DNA of 23,905 bases from an uncultured Opitutales bacterium (GCA_934660865.1 CAKUIA010000022.1:1-23905); one strand, 5' to 3'. Shown: positions 1-9,440, counted from the first letter of the stretch. Numbers and translations are program-made. The notes: a model not told the origin generated them from the letters alone.

Positions 1-327
1 TTGCTAAGCTATAACCCTAAACCCCAGCAAAAAATATGCCCCGTAAACTGGCAGCGCCGTTGGCAAAAAATACGCAATAACGCAGGCTTTAGCGGGCGCT
101 GGGTGCAAGACGTTTTGCGCCACACCTACGCCAGCTTTTTTGCAAAGCGTTTTAAAGACCTGCCGCGCCTACAGCTAAATATGGGACACAGCAACCAAAT
201 GCTTTTATGCCACCGCTACATCAACATGCGCAACATCTCCCGCCTTGAAGCAAAATGTTTTTTCGAGCCGAGGGGAATTTTTGAGTATGGCAATGCACGC
301 AAAAACGAACAAAGCGCTGTCCATTAA
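1..327 (+). CDS. Tyrosine recombinase / integrase, C-terminal fragment (5' part lies outside the window)
   Basis: The frame is open from the window edge to TAA at 325-327. The translation contains VLRHTYASFF and GHSNQMLLCHRYINM, matching the box II Arg-His and catalytic-Tyr region of tyrosine recombinases. Confidence 0.7.
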   Translation: MLSYNPKPQQKICPVNWQRRWQKIRNNAGFSGRWVQDVLRHTYASFFAKRFKDLPRLQLNMGHSNQMLLCHRYINMRNISRLEAKCFFEPRGIFEYGNARKNEQSAVH

Positions 328-451
328 ATGCTTTGGGTTTACCTTGAATTTAAACAAACGGCAAAAAACAGGCTGGGCCTTGCCGTGTTTCGCAACTATT
401 AATCTTTTTTGTTTGCGTAAATGCTTGGCAATCTATAGCGTGTTTTTTCAT

Positions 452-3136
452 ATGATGAAGCGAATTTTTACACTGTTGTTTACATTTGCGTTTTTAGCAA
501 GCGCGCACGCCAATATGCTGAAAAACGGCGAATTAAAATCGCGCACGGGGCTGCCGACGGGCTGGAGCTGGTATGTGTCGGGCAAGGCAAAGGCCAAGGC
601 CTTTTACGACGACGAAAGCGAAGCTTTTACCATACAAAACAACTCCGACAAATACCCGAATGTGTATGCAATGCTTTTCCAAAAAGTTGCCCTAAAGCCC
701 GACAAGTGCTACCTAGTTGAAATAGACGGCGAATATTCGGGCGAAGGCACACCCCTTATAATATACGGCGAAAGCTGGCGCATTAGAACTGCCGTTAAGG
801 TTGTGCCCAATAAAAGGAATACCTCGCTTACAACGTTTTCGCCGAAAGCCAAAGATTTGGACAAAAACGGAATTTCTACCCTTAGAATTTTAATAGACGC
901 AAAGGCGAAATATACCATACACAGCATTTCGCTTACAGAATGCAATGCACCCGTTATAACGCAGTCGAAACCAAACTTGCAGTTCTACAACGAAATGCTT
1001 GAAAAGTGCAAAGCCTATGCCGCAAAAATAAACGCGCTTAACGACTCGGCAAAAGGCGTTAAGCACCTGTATTTAAACGCCGCAACAAAAATTTTAAGCG
1101 AACATATAGCATTGGCAAACTCGCATTTGGCAAATGCAAAAAGCTTGGAGCAAAAGCAATACTACGCCGAAAAGTTCGATATGATTGTTCCCGAGCTAGA
1201 CGGCGCAATTTCCGACGCAAACCGCACTTTGCAAAAGATAAAAAACGGCAACGCCGCCGAGTTATACACCACAAATTCAGACGAAATAAAAATTGTAAAC
1301 GGCTGGCCGTACAGCACATTGGTAGACAAAGACGGCAATAAATTCCCCGACCGCCCCGTGATATATGCGGGCTTTGGACACTTCGAAAAAGTATTAAGCG
1401 ACCTGCCCATTATGCAGGCCATTGGGGCGAATATAATACAAACCGAAATCGGCCCAAACAGCGTGTTTTTGCGCGAGGGCAAAAACGGCGAATTTGAGGC
1501 CGACTTTGCCGCATTCGACAAAAAAATCGGCAACGCGCTAAAAACCGCCTACGAAAACAACGTTAAAGTTATAGTTTTGCTTTCGCCGCACTACCACCCA
1601 AAATGGTTTGCCCAAAAATACGGTTTGGGCAACTACAAGGCGGGCTTTTTTAAATACGACATAGAAAGCCCCGCCGCCCAAAAAATGTTGGACGCATTTT
1701 TTAAGGCAATGGGGCAACGCCTGCAGCAAAGCCCGTATAAAAGCGCAATACACAGCATTTGCATTACAAACGAGCCGCTCTATTCGGCGGGATACTTTAA
1801 CAACCCGAACATAAAGCCGCTTTTCGAAAAATATTTTGCGGAAAAATACGGCAATATAGAGGCATTTAACCAAATTGCAAAAACTTCGTTTAAAGACACA
1901 AGCGAGCTGCTTGAAAGCGCCGACACAAACCGCGCCGCAAAGTATGCCTTTTACGATTTTTGCAAACGCCGTTTTGCCGACTGGCATTTGGAAAACATTA
2001 AAAGGCTAAAAAGCACCCTAAAGGCCGACATCCCGTGCCACGCAAAGCTTATGGCAATGACTTCGCCCTTCCACTTCGACGGCGGCATAGACCTTGAATA
2101 TATGTCAAAGCTTGGCGCCTACAACGGCAACGACGACATTTTCTACCCCGAAGGCAAATGGGCAAGCCAGTGGGACATTTCCACTTTGGCGCACGAAATA
2201 CAGACATCGGCAATCAACGCCAGCGTAGTAAACAGCGAAAACCACATTATTAGCGACTTTGAGACGCGCCCCATAGACAACCTGCACATATACGCAAGCC
2301 TTATGCACCAGTTTGTAGGCGGAGTAAGCGCACTTGCAACCTGGGTTTACCAAGACTGGTTTTACTCCAACGAAAGAAAAGACCCCTCTGGCTGCCTTGC
2401 GGGCAACATATATTTGCGCTGCGGCAACCTTGTATACCACGCAAAAGCCTACTACGACGCCCTGCGCAACGCCGAGTATATGGAAGCGTTTATGCGCCAC
2501 AAAGGCGGCGTAGCGTTTTTGTTTTCGCCCACAAGCGTAATACACGGCAAAACCGCCTACTTTGAGCACAGCAAAACACTTTCGCTAAACGACAACTACG
2601 AAAAAGACCTGCGAAACACCTATTCGAAGATATGCCTTGCCAGCTACAAGCCGCAGTGCATAACCGAGCGCGACCTGGAAAATTCGGACATAAAAAACGC
2701 GAAAATCCTGTTTGCATCGTCGGCAAAAACGATAACGCGCAAGGCCGCCTTAAAGCTTAAGGAGCTTGCCGAAAGCGGTAAACTTAAAATATACGCCAAA
2801 GACGACGCCCTTAAGTACGACGAATTCGGCAACGAACTGGGCTTTAAAATTCCCTTTATGGCGGAGCCGAAAGACGGCTTTTTGGGCGAAATTTCAAAAA
2901 GCGTAGCGCCCCTCTTAAAATTTACGGTAAACGGAAAAAGCGAAAACAGCGGCGTGTTTGTGCGCGCCGTTCCGTACAAAGGCGCAATAATTGCATTTAT
3001 TGCAAACTACAACAAAAGCGATGCCGAAATTGCGCTTGATACGCAGTCGGAAATAAGCGACCTTATAGAGGGCTGCCCAGCCCAAAATACTTTTACTTTA
3101 AAGCCCAGGCAACTAAGGCTTTTAAGGCTGCAATAA
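452..3136 (+). CDS. Secreted glycoside hydrolase, clan GH-A, GH42 (beta-galactosidase)-like, with an N-terminal CBM-like domain
   Basis: I take the start at ATG 452 (MMKRIFTLLFTFAFLASAHA/NM signal peptide) rather than the track start at 245, which overlaps the integrase. The N-terminal ~150 aa look like a beta-sandwich domain (GWSWY...). The catalytic region has ICITNEPLY (NEP acid/base motif), FEKYFAEKYGNIEAFNQIAKTSF (GH42-like segment) and VVNSENH (candidate nucleophile Glu). Confidence 0.55.
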   Translation: MMKRIFTLLFTFAFLASAHANMLKNGELKSRTGLPTGWSWYVSGKAKAKAFYDDESEAFTIQNNSDKYPNVYAMLFQKVALKPDKCYLVEIDGEYSGEGTPLIIYGESWRIRTAVKVVPNKRNTSLTTFSPKAKDLDKNGISTLRILIDAKAKYTIHSISLTECNAPVITQSKPNLQFYNEMLEKCKAYAAKINALNDSAKGVKHLYLNAATKILSEHIALANSHLANAKSLEQKQYYAEKFDMIVPELDGAISDANRTLQKIKNGNAAELYTTNSDEIKIVNGWPYSTLVDKDGNKFPDRPVIYAGFGHFEKVLSDLPIMQAIGANIIQTEIGPNSVFLREGKNGEFEADFAAFDKKIGNALKTAYENNVKVIVLLSPHYHPKWFAQKYGLGNYKAGFFKYDIESPAAQKMLDAFFKAMGQRLQQSPYKSAIHSICITNEPLYSAGYFNNPNIKPLFEKYFAEKYGNIEAFNQIAKTSFKDTSELLESADTNRAAKYAFYDFCKRRFADWHLENIKRLKSTLKADIPCHAKLMAMTSPFHFDGGIDLEYMSKLGAYNGNDDIFYPEGKWASQWDISTLAHEIQTSAINASVVNSENHIISDFETRPIDNLHIYASLMHQFVGGVSALATWVYQDWFYSNERKDPSGCLAGNIYLRCGNLVYHAKAYYDALRNAEYMEAFMRHKGGVAFLFSPTSVIHGKTAYFEHSKTLSLNDNYEKDLRNTYSKICLASYKPQCITERDLENSDIKNAKILFASSAKTITRKAALKLKELAESGKLKIYAKDDALKYDEFGNELGFKIPFMAEPKDGFLGEISKSVAPLLKFTVNGKSENSGVFVRAVPYKGAIIAFIANYNKSDAEIALDTQSEISDLIEGCPAQNTFTLKPRQLRLLRLQ

Positions 3137-3151
3137 CCCCGCAAAAAAACG

Positions 3152-3190
3152 AAAAAAATGCGCACGGCACAAAAGCCCTGCGCATTTTTT
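3152..3190. terminator. Bidirectional Rho-independent terminator between convergent genes
   Basis: ATGCGCA (3158-3164) pairs with TGCGCAT (3179-3185). An A-run (3152-3158) and a T-run (3185-3190) flank the stem. The hairpin sits between the GH stop (3136) and the GTPase stop (3208). Confidence 0.7.
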
Positions 3191-3207
3191 GCATAATAAA
3201 AAGCGCC

Positions 3208-4455
3208 CTATTTTTTTAAGTTAACCGCGTTTTTTAATATCTTTAAAATAGAGTCTTTAAGCGCCGACTGTATTTTAAAGAAGTGCTCGCTGTCGTCGTT
3301 TTTCGACGCCCTGTAGGCGAAAGCCGAAATGCCGTCGACATCTACGGGTATGCTCTTATACTCGCTTTTGTCTATGCCAATTTTAAACTCTTTTGTAGCC
3401 GATTTCGCATAGCTTAAATTAAGCAGATTTTCTATAAAGAAAACCGCATTGCGCGTAAACTTTACGGGCAGCTGCGAATTTGCGTTAACATGGGCCATAA
3501 TTTCGGGCCTTTTTGTAAGGGGCAAAAGCGCAAACAGCCTTTTAAAAATAGACGGCTCTTTAACCAAAATTTCGCCGTCGGCAAACCTGCGAAGCGGCAT
3601 ATCTATTTTCAGCCCCGTATACTTGAAAAGCTCCAACAGCCTTTTTCTGAAGGCTTTTTCAAACTCGGCAACCTTTTCGGTTTCTTTTTCGAGCACGGCG
3701 GTGCGCTCGGCCTTTGTAGACGAAAAGCCCGAAATCGGGGCCGCGCTTTTTATTAAAACCAGCTCTTTAAGCGAGTTTAAAATCTCCAAAGCCGCCCCGT
3801 TTAGGTACGAATCTAGCAGCTGCATTCTGTTGTTTTGCAGGCCGCCAACCGCCCTTTTTAAATCGGCGTCGCCCGTTACGGTGTTCGAGTTTTTCATTTC
3901 CTCGAGCAACTTTATGCAGTCGCCCAAATTAGATTTAAATGCGTCGAAGCAAAAACACTCTATGCGCCTTTCGGCAAACTCCCTTTTCCACTGCGCGGCG
4001 TTCGATTCGTCGGTTTTGTTTATAAGCCCGAACAGCACGCAGTTTTGCCTTACATACGAAAGCGAATCCAACAAAAGCTGCGATGTTCTGCCGAAAATAT
4101 TGTCGGCATTCGAAACAATCACGCAAATGTCGGCGTCGGAAAGCGCCTTCATAATCTCGCAATCGTGCCTGTATTTTAAGTCGGTAAAGTTTTTCAAAAA
4201 CTCGGCGGGAGGGAAAAGCCCCTGCATTGCCGAGCTTTTAAAGCTTTTATACACCGCCTCGGGGTGCTGCAAACCGGGGGTGTCGACAATTTCCATATCG
4301 TTTTCGCCTATGTTAAGGCGGCGCGGCTCTATGCGCTTTGTCTCGCCCGGCATGGGCGAAACGGCAATGTTGTCGTCGCCCAAAAGGTTGGCGAACACGC
4401 TCGACTTGCCGTCGTTGGGGCGGCCTATCATAACAATTCTATAAGTTTTGCCCAT
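3208..4455 (-). CDS. P-loop GTPase (MMR_HSR1/TRAFAC-type G domain) with a long helical C-terminal region; DUF3482-like by recollection
   Basis: G1 is GRPNDGKSS (4399-4425), G3 is DTPG, and G4 is NKTD (in LINKTD). About 230 C-terminal residues carry no recognisable motif. The ATG lies 3 nt after the stop of the upstream membrane-protein gene. Confidence 0.75.
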   Translation of the reverse strand: MGKTYRIVMIGRPNDGKSSVFANLLGDDNIAVSPMPGETKRIEPRRLNIGENDMEIVDTPGLQHPEAVYKSFKSSAMQGLFPPAEFLKNFTDLKYRHDCEIMKALSDADICVIVSNADNIFGRTSQLLLDSLSYVRQNCVLFGLINKTDESNAAQWKREFAERRIECFCFDAFKSNLGDCIKLLEEMKNSNTVTGDADLKRAVGGLQNNRMQLLDSYLNGAALEILNSLKELVLIKSAAPISGFSSTKAERTAVLEKETEKVAEFEKAFRKRLLELFKYTGLKIDMPLRRFADGEILVKEPSIFKRLFALLPLTKRPEIMAHVNANSQLPVKFTRNAVFFIENLLNLSYAKSATKEFKIGIDKSEYKSIPVDVDGISAFAYRASKNDDSEHFFKIQSALKDSILKILKNAVNLKK

Positions 4456-4458
4456 ATC

Positions 4459-5886
4459 CTAAAAAAGTTTTAAATTGCGCGTGCAAACCGAGTTTATCTT
4501 TCTTTGCCACCAGGATTTTTCCACCGCCAAAGGCTCGGCAAAAGACGACTCGCCCGAATTGTACCTGCCCAGCAATATTATGTTCACAAACTTGTCGGGA
4601 TAGGCGTTTACAATGTTTTCTATGTTCTCGAAAACCTCCTCGTTGTAGTCGTCCGAAAAGCATGCAAGGTTTATTGTCTTGTATCTTGACTGCTCTTTTT
4701 CGAAATTCCCGTCGCCGAAAATATCGCTTAAAAAGTCGTATTTAAATATGTTGCTTGCGGCAACCTGGGCTTTTGACGCAATTTCGTTTTTTATTGCGGC
4801 CGCAAGCGGCAACATATCGCTACGCAACATAAGCATATTGTCGCAGTCGGCGTCTGACTTAAGGCTTTGCCAGTCGTCGGCGCAAGAGCTTGCAACCTCC
4901 ATTCTCGACAGTATTTCGTTTATTTTTCTGTCGTTTAAAAGCCTGTGTTTGCCGAAGCACCCCGAAACCCTGAATTTTGTTATAACAAAAACAAGCACCC
5001 TTAAAAAGATGCCGTAGCAAAACGCGCAAAGCAAAAAGAAGCGCGCCCAAACTTCGGAAATATCGGCAACCGACGGCAAAGGTTCGCCCGCGTTGCCGGC
5101 ATTTGCGGCATTTTGCGCTTCGGCTGTTTGCGGGGCGCTGTCTATTGGCGTTTTTCTGCTTAATGCAACCTGCCGCAAAGACGGAAACCCAACGCCTTCG
5201 CCCCAAAACGCGGCCCAGGGCAGCGCCGCAATTTTTGCCGTGTTATATACTGCGCTGTCGGAAACAAAGCTCGGCAGTGTAGTTTCTAGGCAATATTCGT
5301 ATCTTTTGCACATTTGGTTCGACAACTGCGTAAAAAATATTCCGAAAACAACGCCCAGACCCAAATATTGTGCGCAAAGCGCGCCCTTCAAAAAAATCCA
5401 TTTTCGGTTTTGGCAAAAGGCCGCGTAAACCGCGCCTTTTTTCAGTATTTTAGATACAAGCAAAGCCGCAAGCTTGTCTATGCAAATGCCGGCTTTCGGG
5501 GCAACAAATATTGCCGAGAAAAACAAAACAAGCGGAACAAGCACGCACGAAAACGCAAAAATTGCGATATTTACCGTGTGCGACGCCTCTCCTATGCCGA
5601 AAAATCTGCCCGCCATACCGTAGCCGAGCAAAATGCCAATCAAAAAAAGCACCGCCGAAAAAATCCGCAAAAACCAGTTGGCAAGCATTCCGACCGAAAA
5701 CGACCCGCCCCTCATTTTTGCAATCCAATACCTAAGCAAAGAGGTCTGGTTGGCCTTTGCACTGTCGGGCGCTTTCGAATAAAAGCTAAAATCTCTGGAT
5801 TTCTTATATTCGGCCGATTCCTTTTCGTCGTCGGCTATAAAAACTTCCAGGTCTATAATTTCGTCGGGTTTTAAGATGTTTGCCAT
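4459..5886 (-). CDS. Polytopic membrane protein with a cytosolic C-terminal domain (DUF2868-like by recollection), partner of the GTPase
   Basis: I take the start at ATG 5886 (MANILKPDEIIDLE...); the track start at 6018 would overlap the argH start. There are at least four hydrophobic helices (e.g. FLRIFSAVLFLIGILLGYGM, VNIAIFAFSCVLVPLVLFFSAIFV, YLGLGVVFGIFFTQL, FFLLCAFCYGIFLRVLVFVI), followed by a ~170-aa soluble tail. Confidence 0.6.
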   Translation of the reverse strand: MANILKPDEIIDLEVFIADDEKESAEYKKSRDFSFYSKAPDSAKANQTSLLRYWIAKMRGGSFSVGMLANWFLRIFSAVLFLIGILLGYGMAGRFFGIGEASHTVNIAIFAFSCVLVPLVLFFSAIFVAPKAGICIDKLAALLVSKILKKGAVYAAFCQNRKWIFLKGALCAQYLGLGVVFGIFFTQLSNQMCKRYEYCLETTLPSFVSDSAVYNTAKIAALPWAAFWGEGVGFPSLRQVALSRKTPIDSAPQTAEAQNAANAGNAGEPLPSVADISEVWARFFLLCAFCYGIFLRVLVFVITKFRVSGCFGKHRLLNDRKINEILSRMEVASSCADDWQSLKSDADCDNMLMLRSDMLPLAAAIKNEIASKAQVAASNIFKYDFLSDIFGDGNFEKEQSRYKTINLACFSDDYNEEVFENIENIVNAYPDKFVNIILLGRYNSGESSFAEPLAVEKSWWQRKINSVCTRNLKLF

Positions 5887-5987
5887 ATATTCTTGCGCCT
5901 TTATTAGACTACATACCCGCAAATTCCACAAGATAAAAATAAATATGTTGAAAAGAGCGCAAATGACTGTAGGCTTTTTTCCCAACA

Positions 5988-7397
5988 ATGAAAAAAAGCG
6001 CAAACGAAAAACAGGCAAGCTGGGGCGGCAGGTTTAAGGAATCGCCCAGCGACTTAATGCTTAAATTCAGCGAATCGGTCTCCTTCGACAAAAAGTTGGC
6101 CTTTTTCGACATACAAGGCTCGAAAGCCCACGCAAAAATGCTCGGCAAATGCGGCATTATAACAAAGGCCGAAGCCGCCGCCATTGTTTCGGGGCTGGAC
6201 AAGGTTGCCAAGCTTATAGAAAAAGGCGAATTTAACTGGAGGCAGGACCTTGAAGACGTGCACATGAACATAGAGCAAACGCTTACGGCAATTTGCCCCG
6301 AGGCCGCAAAACTGCACACAGCCCGCAGCCGCAACGACCAAGTTGCAACCGATATGCGCCTGTATTTTAAGTGGGCCTGCACCGACATTGTTGCAGAGCT
6401 AAAAAAACTTTTGCTTGTGCTTGCCGATTTGGCCGAAAAAAACAAAGACGTGCTTCTTGCCGGCTATACCCACATGCAAAGGGCGCAACCCGTATGCGCA
6501 GCGCACCACATTTTGGCCTGGGCTTCGGCCATAGAGCGCGACATTAAAAGGTTCGAAAACGTCTATCAAAGCGCGAATATTTCGCCTTTGGGCAGCGGGG
6601 CCATTGCGGGAACTACACTGCCTACCGACAGGGAATACGAAGCCAAGCTTTTGGGCTTTACCGACGCAAAGGGCAACGCAATTCTCACGCAAAACAGCAT
6701 GGACGGCGTTTCCGACCGAGACGTTTTTATGGAATTCGAATCGGCCTGCGCCATTGTGGGCGTGCATTTTTCGAGAATAGCCGAAGACATTATTATTTGG
6801 AACACTTCGGAATTCGGTTTTGTAAAGTTGCCCGACACTTTCACAACGGGCTCGTCGCTTATGCCGCAAAAGAAAAACCCCGACTCTTTCGAGCTGCTTA
6901 GGGGCAAATCGGCAAGGCTTATAGGCAATGCCTCTACAATGTTTACGCTGGTAAAGGGCCTGCCGCTTACCTACAATAGGGACTTGCAGGAAGACAAAAT
7001 ACCCGTATTCGATTCGAAAGAGCAGACAACAATTTGCATAAAGGTTTTGTATTCGGCGTTAAAAGGAATGGAATTTAACAGGAAAAACTGCCTTAACGCG
7101 GTGTCCGACCCCCTTCTTTTGGCGACCGACCTGGCCGACTATCTCGTCTCGCAAAAAGTGCCCTTTAGAAAAGCCCACCACATTGTGGGCGAGCTTGTCG
7201 CCCTTTCGGAGGAAAAGAAGGTGAAAATCAACGAGATTTCCGACGAAGACGCCGCAAAAATTTCGCCCGAGCTCGGCAAAAACTGGAGACAGGTTTTCGA
7301 TTTAAAACGCGCGATGAAGCTGCGCAAAGGCGTGGGCATGCCAAACGCCGAGTGCATAAAAAAACACATTGCAAAGATTAGAAAACTTGCAAAATAG
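5988..7397 (+). CDS. argH: Argininosuccinate lyase
   Basis: Full-length 469 aa. Contains WGGRF, TARSRNDQVATD, GYTHMQRAQP and the fumarate-lyase signature GSSLMPQKKNPD. Confidence 0.95.
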   Translation: MKKSANEKQASWGGRFKESPSDLMLKFSESVSFDKKLAFFDIQGSKAHAKMLGKCGIITKAEAAAIVSGLDKVAKLIEKGEFNWRQDLEDVHMNIEQTLTAICPEAAKLHTARSRNDQVATDMRLYFKWACTDIVAELKKLLLVLADLAEKNKDVLLAGYTHMQRAQPVCAAHHILAWASAIERDIKRFENVYQSANISPLGSGAIAGTTLPTDREYEAKLLGFTDAKGNAILTQNSMDGVSDRDVFMEFESACAIVGVHFSRIAEDIIIWNTSEFGFVKLPDTFTTGSSLMPQKKNPDSFELLRGKSARLIGNASTMFTLVKGLPLTYNRDLQEDKIPVFDSKEQTTICIKVLYSALKGMEFNRKNCLNAVSDPLLLATDLADYLVSQKVPFRKAHHIVGELVALSEEKKVKINEISDEDAAKISPELGKNWRQVFDLKRAMKLRKGVGMPNAECIKKHIAKIRKLAK

Positions 7398-7408
7398 CAT
7401 TTCGCAAA

Positions 7409-8137
7409 ATGGGTAAATTTAGCGATACATACCGAATTAGGGTTGCAGACCTTTCGTTTTCGGGAAGACTGAAAGAGTCGGCTTTGTTTGCAATGCTGCA
7501 GGAAGTAGCATGCGAGCACGCCGACACTTTGCACGTTGGTATGGACGACTTGTCGCCCAAAAACCTCGGTTGGGCGCTTTCTAAAATAGACCTTACAATT
7601 TTTTCCCTGCCCGAAAAGCGCAGCCGCATTGTGCTGGAAACCTGGCCCAGCGGCCGAAGCAAGGCCTTTTGCGAAAGAGACTTTAGGGCAAGCGACCAAA
7701 ACGGCAACGTGCTTTTCGAGGCGCGTTCTATCTGGATTTTGTTCGATTTAAATAAACGCCGAATGGAAAGAACCTCGGTTTTGCACGACTGGGAAATTGT
7801 GCCCGAGCGCGTTGCGGGCGACTGCGCAGAAAAACTTCTGCCGCCCGCCGTGGCGCAATTTTCAAAGCATGTTGTTTTAAGGCGCGACGACATAGACGTA
7901 AACGGGCACCTAAACAACTGCGTGTATCCCGCGCTGGCAATAGATTCGCTGCCCGAAAGCTTCTACGCAAAAAAAATGCCGCGCCGCATAAGAATTTCGT
8001 TTTTGGCCGAAATGAAAGAGTCGGACAACGCCGTTTCAAATTCGCAAATTATAGGCGAAACTTCGCTGCACGGCATTTGCGACGCCGAAACGAATAGGGA
8101 ATTTGCCCGAATAAACATAGACTGGAGAAACATTTAA
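7409..8137 (+). CDS. Acyl-ACP thioesterase (FatA/B-like hotdog fold)
   Basis: 242 aa. Begins YRIRVADLSFSGRLKESALFAMLQEVACEHA, then WILFDLNKRRM and DIDVNGHLNNCVY, which are typical of acyl-ACP thioesterases. Confidence 0.8.
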   Translation: MGKFSDTYRIRVADLSFSGRLKESALFAMLQEVACEHADTLHVGMDDLSPKNLGWALSKIDLTIFSLPEKRSRIVLETWPSGRSKAFCERDFRASDQNGNVLFEARSIWILFDLNKRRMERTSVLHDWEIVPERVAGDCAEKLLPPAVAQFSKHVVLRRDDIDVNGHLNNCVYPALAIDSLPESFYAKKMPRRIRISFLAEMKESDNAVSNSQIIGETSLHGICDAETNREFARINIDWRNI

Positions 8138-8670
8138 TGACACTTTTGCAATCTACACTGCTTTTATCGCTTATGCTGGCGGTTTTGGGAATATTTTTCC
8201 TCAGGGGCGAAAGCTCGAAACAGGCGGCCTTTAAATTTTTGCGCAGCAAAAACGCAGCCTATGTCTTATACGGGCTTGGCGGTATTTGGTTTATTTGGCA
8301 GCTTTTCAATTTGGGACAGGCCGATTTCGGCGACATAAAACACCTGCTTATTTTGCTGTTCGGAGGTGCCTGGCTGCTGTCGTTTAGGCATTTGCCCGAC
8401 TTTTTAAGCGTAAGGGGCCTGTGCGTGCTGCTTTTGCTGCTGTCGAGAGTATTTTTAGATTCGGCATATATGCTTGATATTCCCGCAAGGTATACGCTTG
8501 TTGCGACAACGTATTTTATAATTGTAGCTACAATATACACGGGCTGCCTGCCCTACCGCCTGCGCGACTTCTTCGAATGGCTGTATGCAAAAAAAATGCG
8601 TGCGCCCATTTTCGGCGCGGTTTTGATTGCGCTTGCGGCGGCCTTGGACACCTCGATTATCTTCTACTAA
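8137..8670 (+). CDS. Hypothetical integral membrane protein (about 5 TM)
   Basis: The ATG overlaps the thioesterase stop by 1 nt (TAATG). The 177-aa product is strongly hydrophobic. No recognisable motif. Confidence 0.55.
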   Translation: MTLLQSTLLLSLMLAVLGIFFLRGESSKQAAFKFLRSKNAAYVLYGLGGIWFIWQLFNLGQADFGDIKHLLILLFGGAWLLSFRHLPDFLSVRGLCVLLLLLSRVFLDSAYMLDIPARYTLVATTYFIIVATIYTGCLPYRLRDFFEWLYAKKMRAPIFGAVLIALAAALDTSIIFY

Positions 8671-8677
8671 AAATTAT

Positions 8678-9262
8678 ATGAAAAAGAATTTGCTGATAGT
8701 TTTAAGCGGCCCCGCAGGTAGCGGCAAAACAACGCTTTGCGCAAACACAATCAAGTGCGACCCCAAATTCGACAGGGTTATCACCGCCACTACGCGCGCT
8801 CCGAGAGCGGGCGAAGTAGACGGCAAAGACTACATATTCCTTAGCCGGGAGGAATTTTTAAACAAGCTGCAAAACGGCGAATTTTACGAACATGCAACGG
8901 TTCACGGCAGAATGTACGGCACGCTGAAAAGCTCCATACAAAAGGCCTTTGCAGACAACAAAGACCTATTTTTGGTAATAGACGTGCAAGGCGCAAAAAC
9001 GTGGCGCGAAATCGCAAAAAAAGACCCAATTATCGGCAACTCGCTGCTTAGCGTATTTATTATGCCCAAAAGCATAGACGAGCTTGTAAGCCGCCTGCAC
9101 AACCGCAATACCGACGACGAAGCCGAAATTGCATTGCGCATGAAAACCGCCCAAGAAGAGCTTAAATTTGCAAAAGACTTCGACAAAATTCTGCACTCGG
9201 GCACAAGGGAGGAAGACTTAAAATCCCTTTTGGAAATCATAGCCCAGGCAAGAAAGGGCTAA
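8678..9262 (+). CDS. gmk: Guanylate kinase
   Basis: I take the start at ATG 8678 (MKKNLLIVLSGPAGSGKTTL P-loop). Also contains TTRAPRAGEVDGKDYIF, YGT and VIDVQGA. Confidence 0.93.
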   Translation: MKKNLLIVLSGPAGSGKTTLCANTIKCDPKFDRVITATTRAPRAGEVDGKDYIFLSREEFLNKLQNGEFYEHATVHGRMYGTLKSSIQKAFADNKDLFLVIDVQGAKTWREIAKKDPIIGNSLLSVFIMPKSIDELVSRLHNRNTDDEAEIALRMKTAQEELKFAKDFDKILHSGTREEDLKSLLEIIAQARKG

Positions 9263-9287
9263 AAACCGACCGTGGCTTAAGGCGTTC

Positions 9288-9377
9288 TTTTCGGCTCAAT
9301 TTGTCAAGTTTTATAAGCGTTTTCGGCTCAACAGTGAGCCGTATTTTATATAAATATGGCGTTTTTTGAGCCGAAAA
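9288..9377 (+). repeat. Nested inverted repeats built from a 12-nt motif TTTTCGGCTCAA (possible compound gmk terminator or small structured RNA)
   Basis: Direct copies lie at 9288-9299 and 9320-9331, with a perfect inverted copy at 9366-9377. A partial inverted copy TGAGCCG (9335-9341) forms a 7-bp hairpin with 9324-9330, followed by TATTTTAT. Each unit is preceded by GCGTT. Confidence 0.6.
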
Positions 9378-9400
9378 TTTGAAAATTTCTTGCAGCGAAA

Positions 9401-9440
9401 ATAAAAAAATTACGCATCGCAATTTACTGCAAATGCGTAT
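9401..9440 (-). terminator. Rho-independent terminator of the HtrA-like gene
   Basis: TACGCAT (9411-9417) pairs with ATGCGTA (9433-9439). On the minus strand the stem is followed by ATTTTTTTAT (reverse complement of 9401-9410). It lies about 90 nt downstream of the stop at 9529. Confidence 0.6.

Noticed and set aside
245-451. N-terminal extension of the glycosidase ORF back to 245
   Set aside because: It overlaps the integrase 3' end and adds 69 residues ahead of an obvious signal peptide that begins at ATG 452.
3449-4444. 331-aa ORF on the + strand covering almost the whole GTPase gene
   Set aside because: It is antisense to a gene with clear G1/G3/G4 motifs. Its translation is low-complexity (S/F/L-rich) with no motif, no RBS and no sensible neighbours, so it is a shadow ORF.
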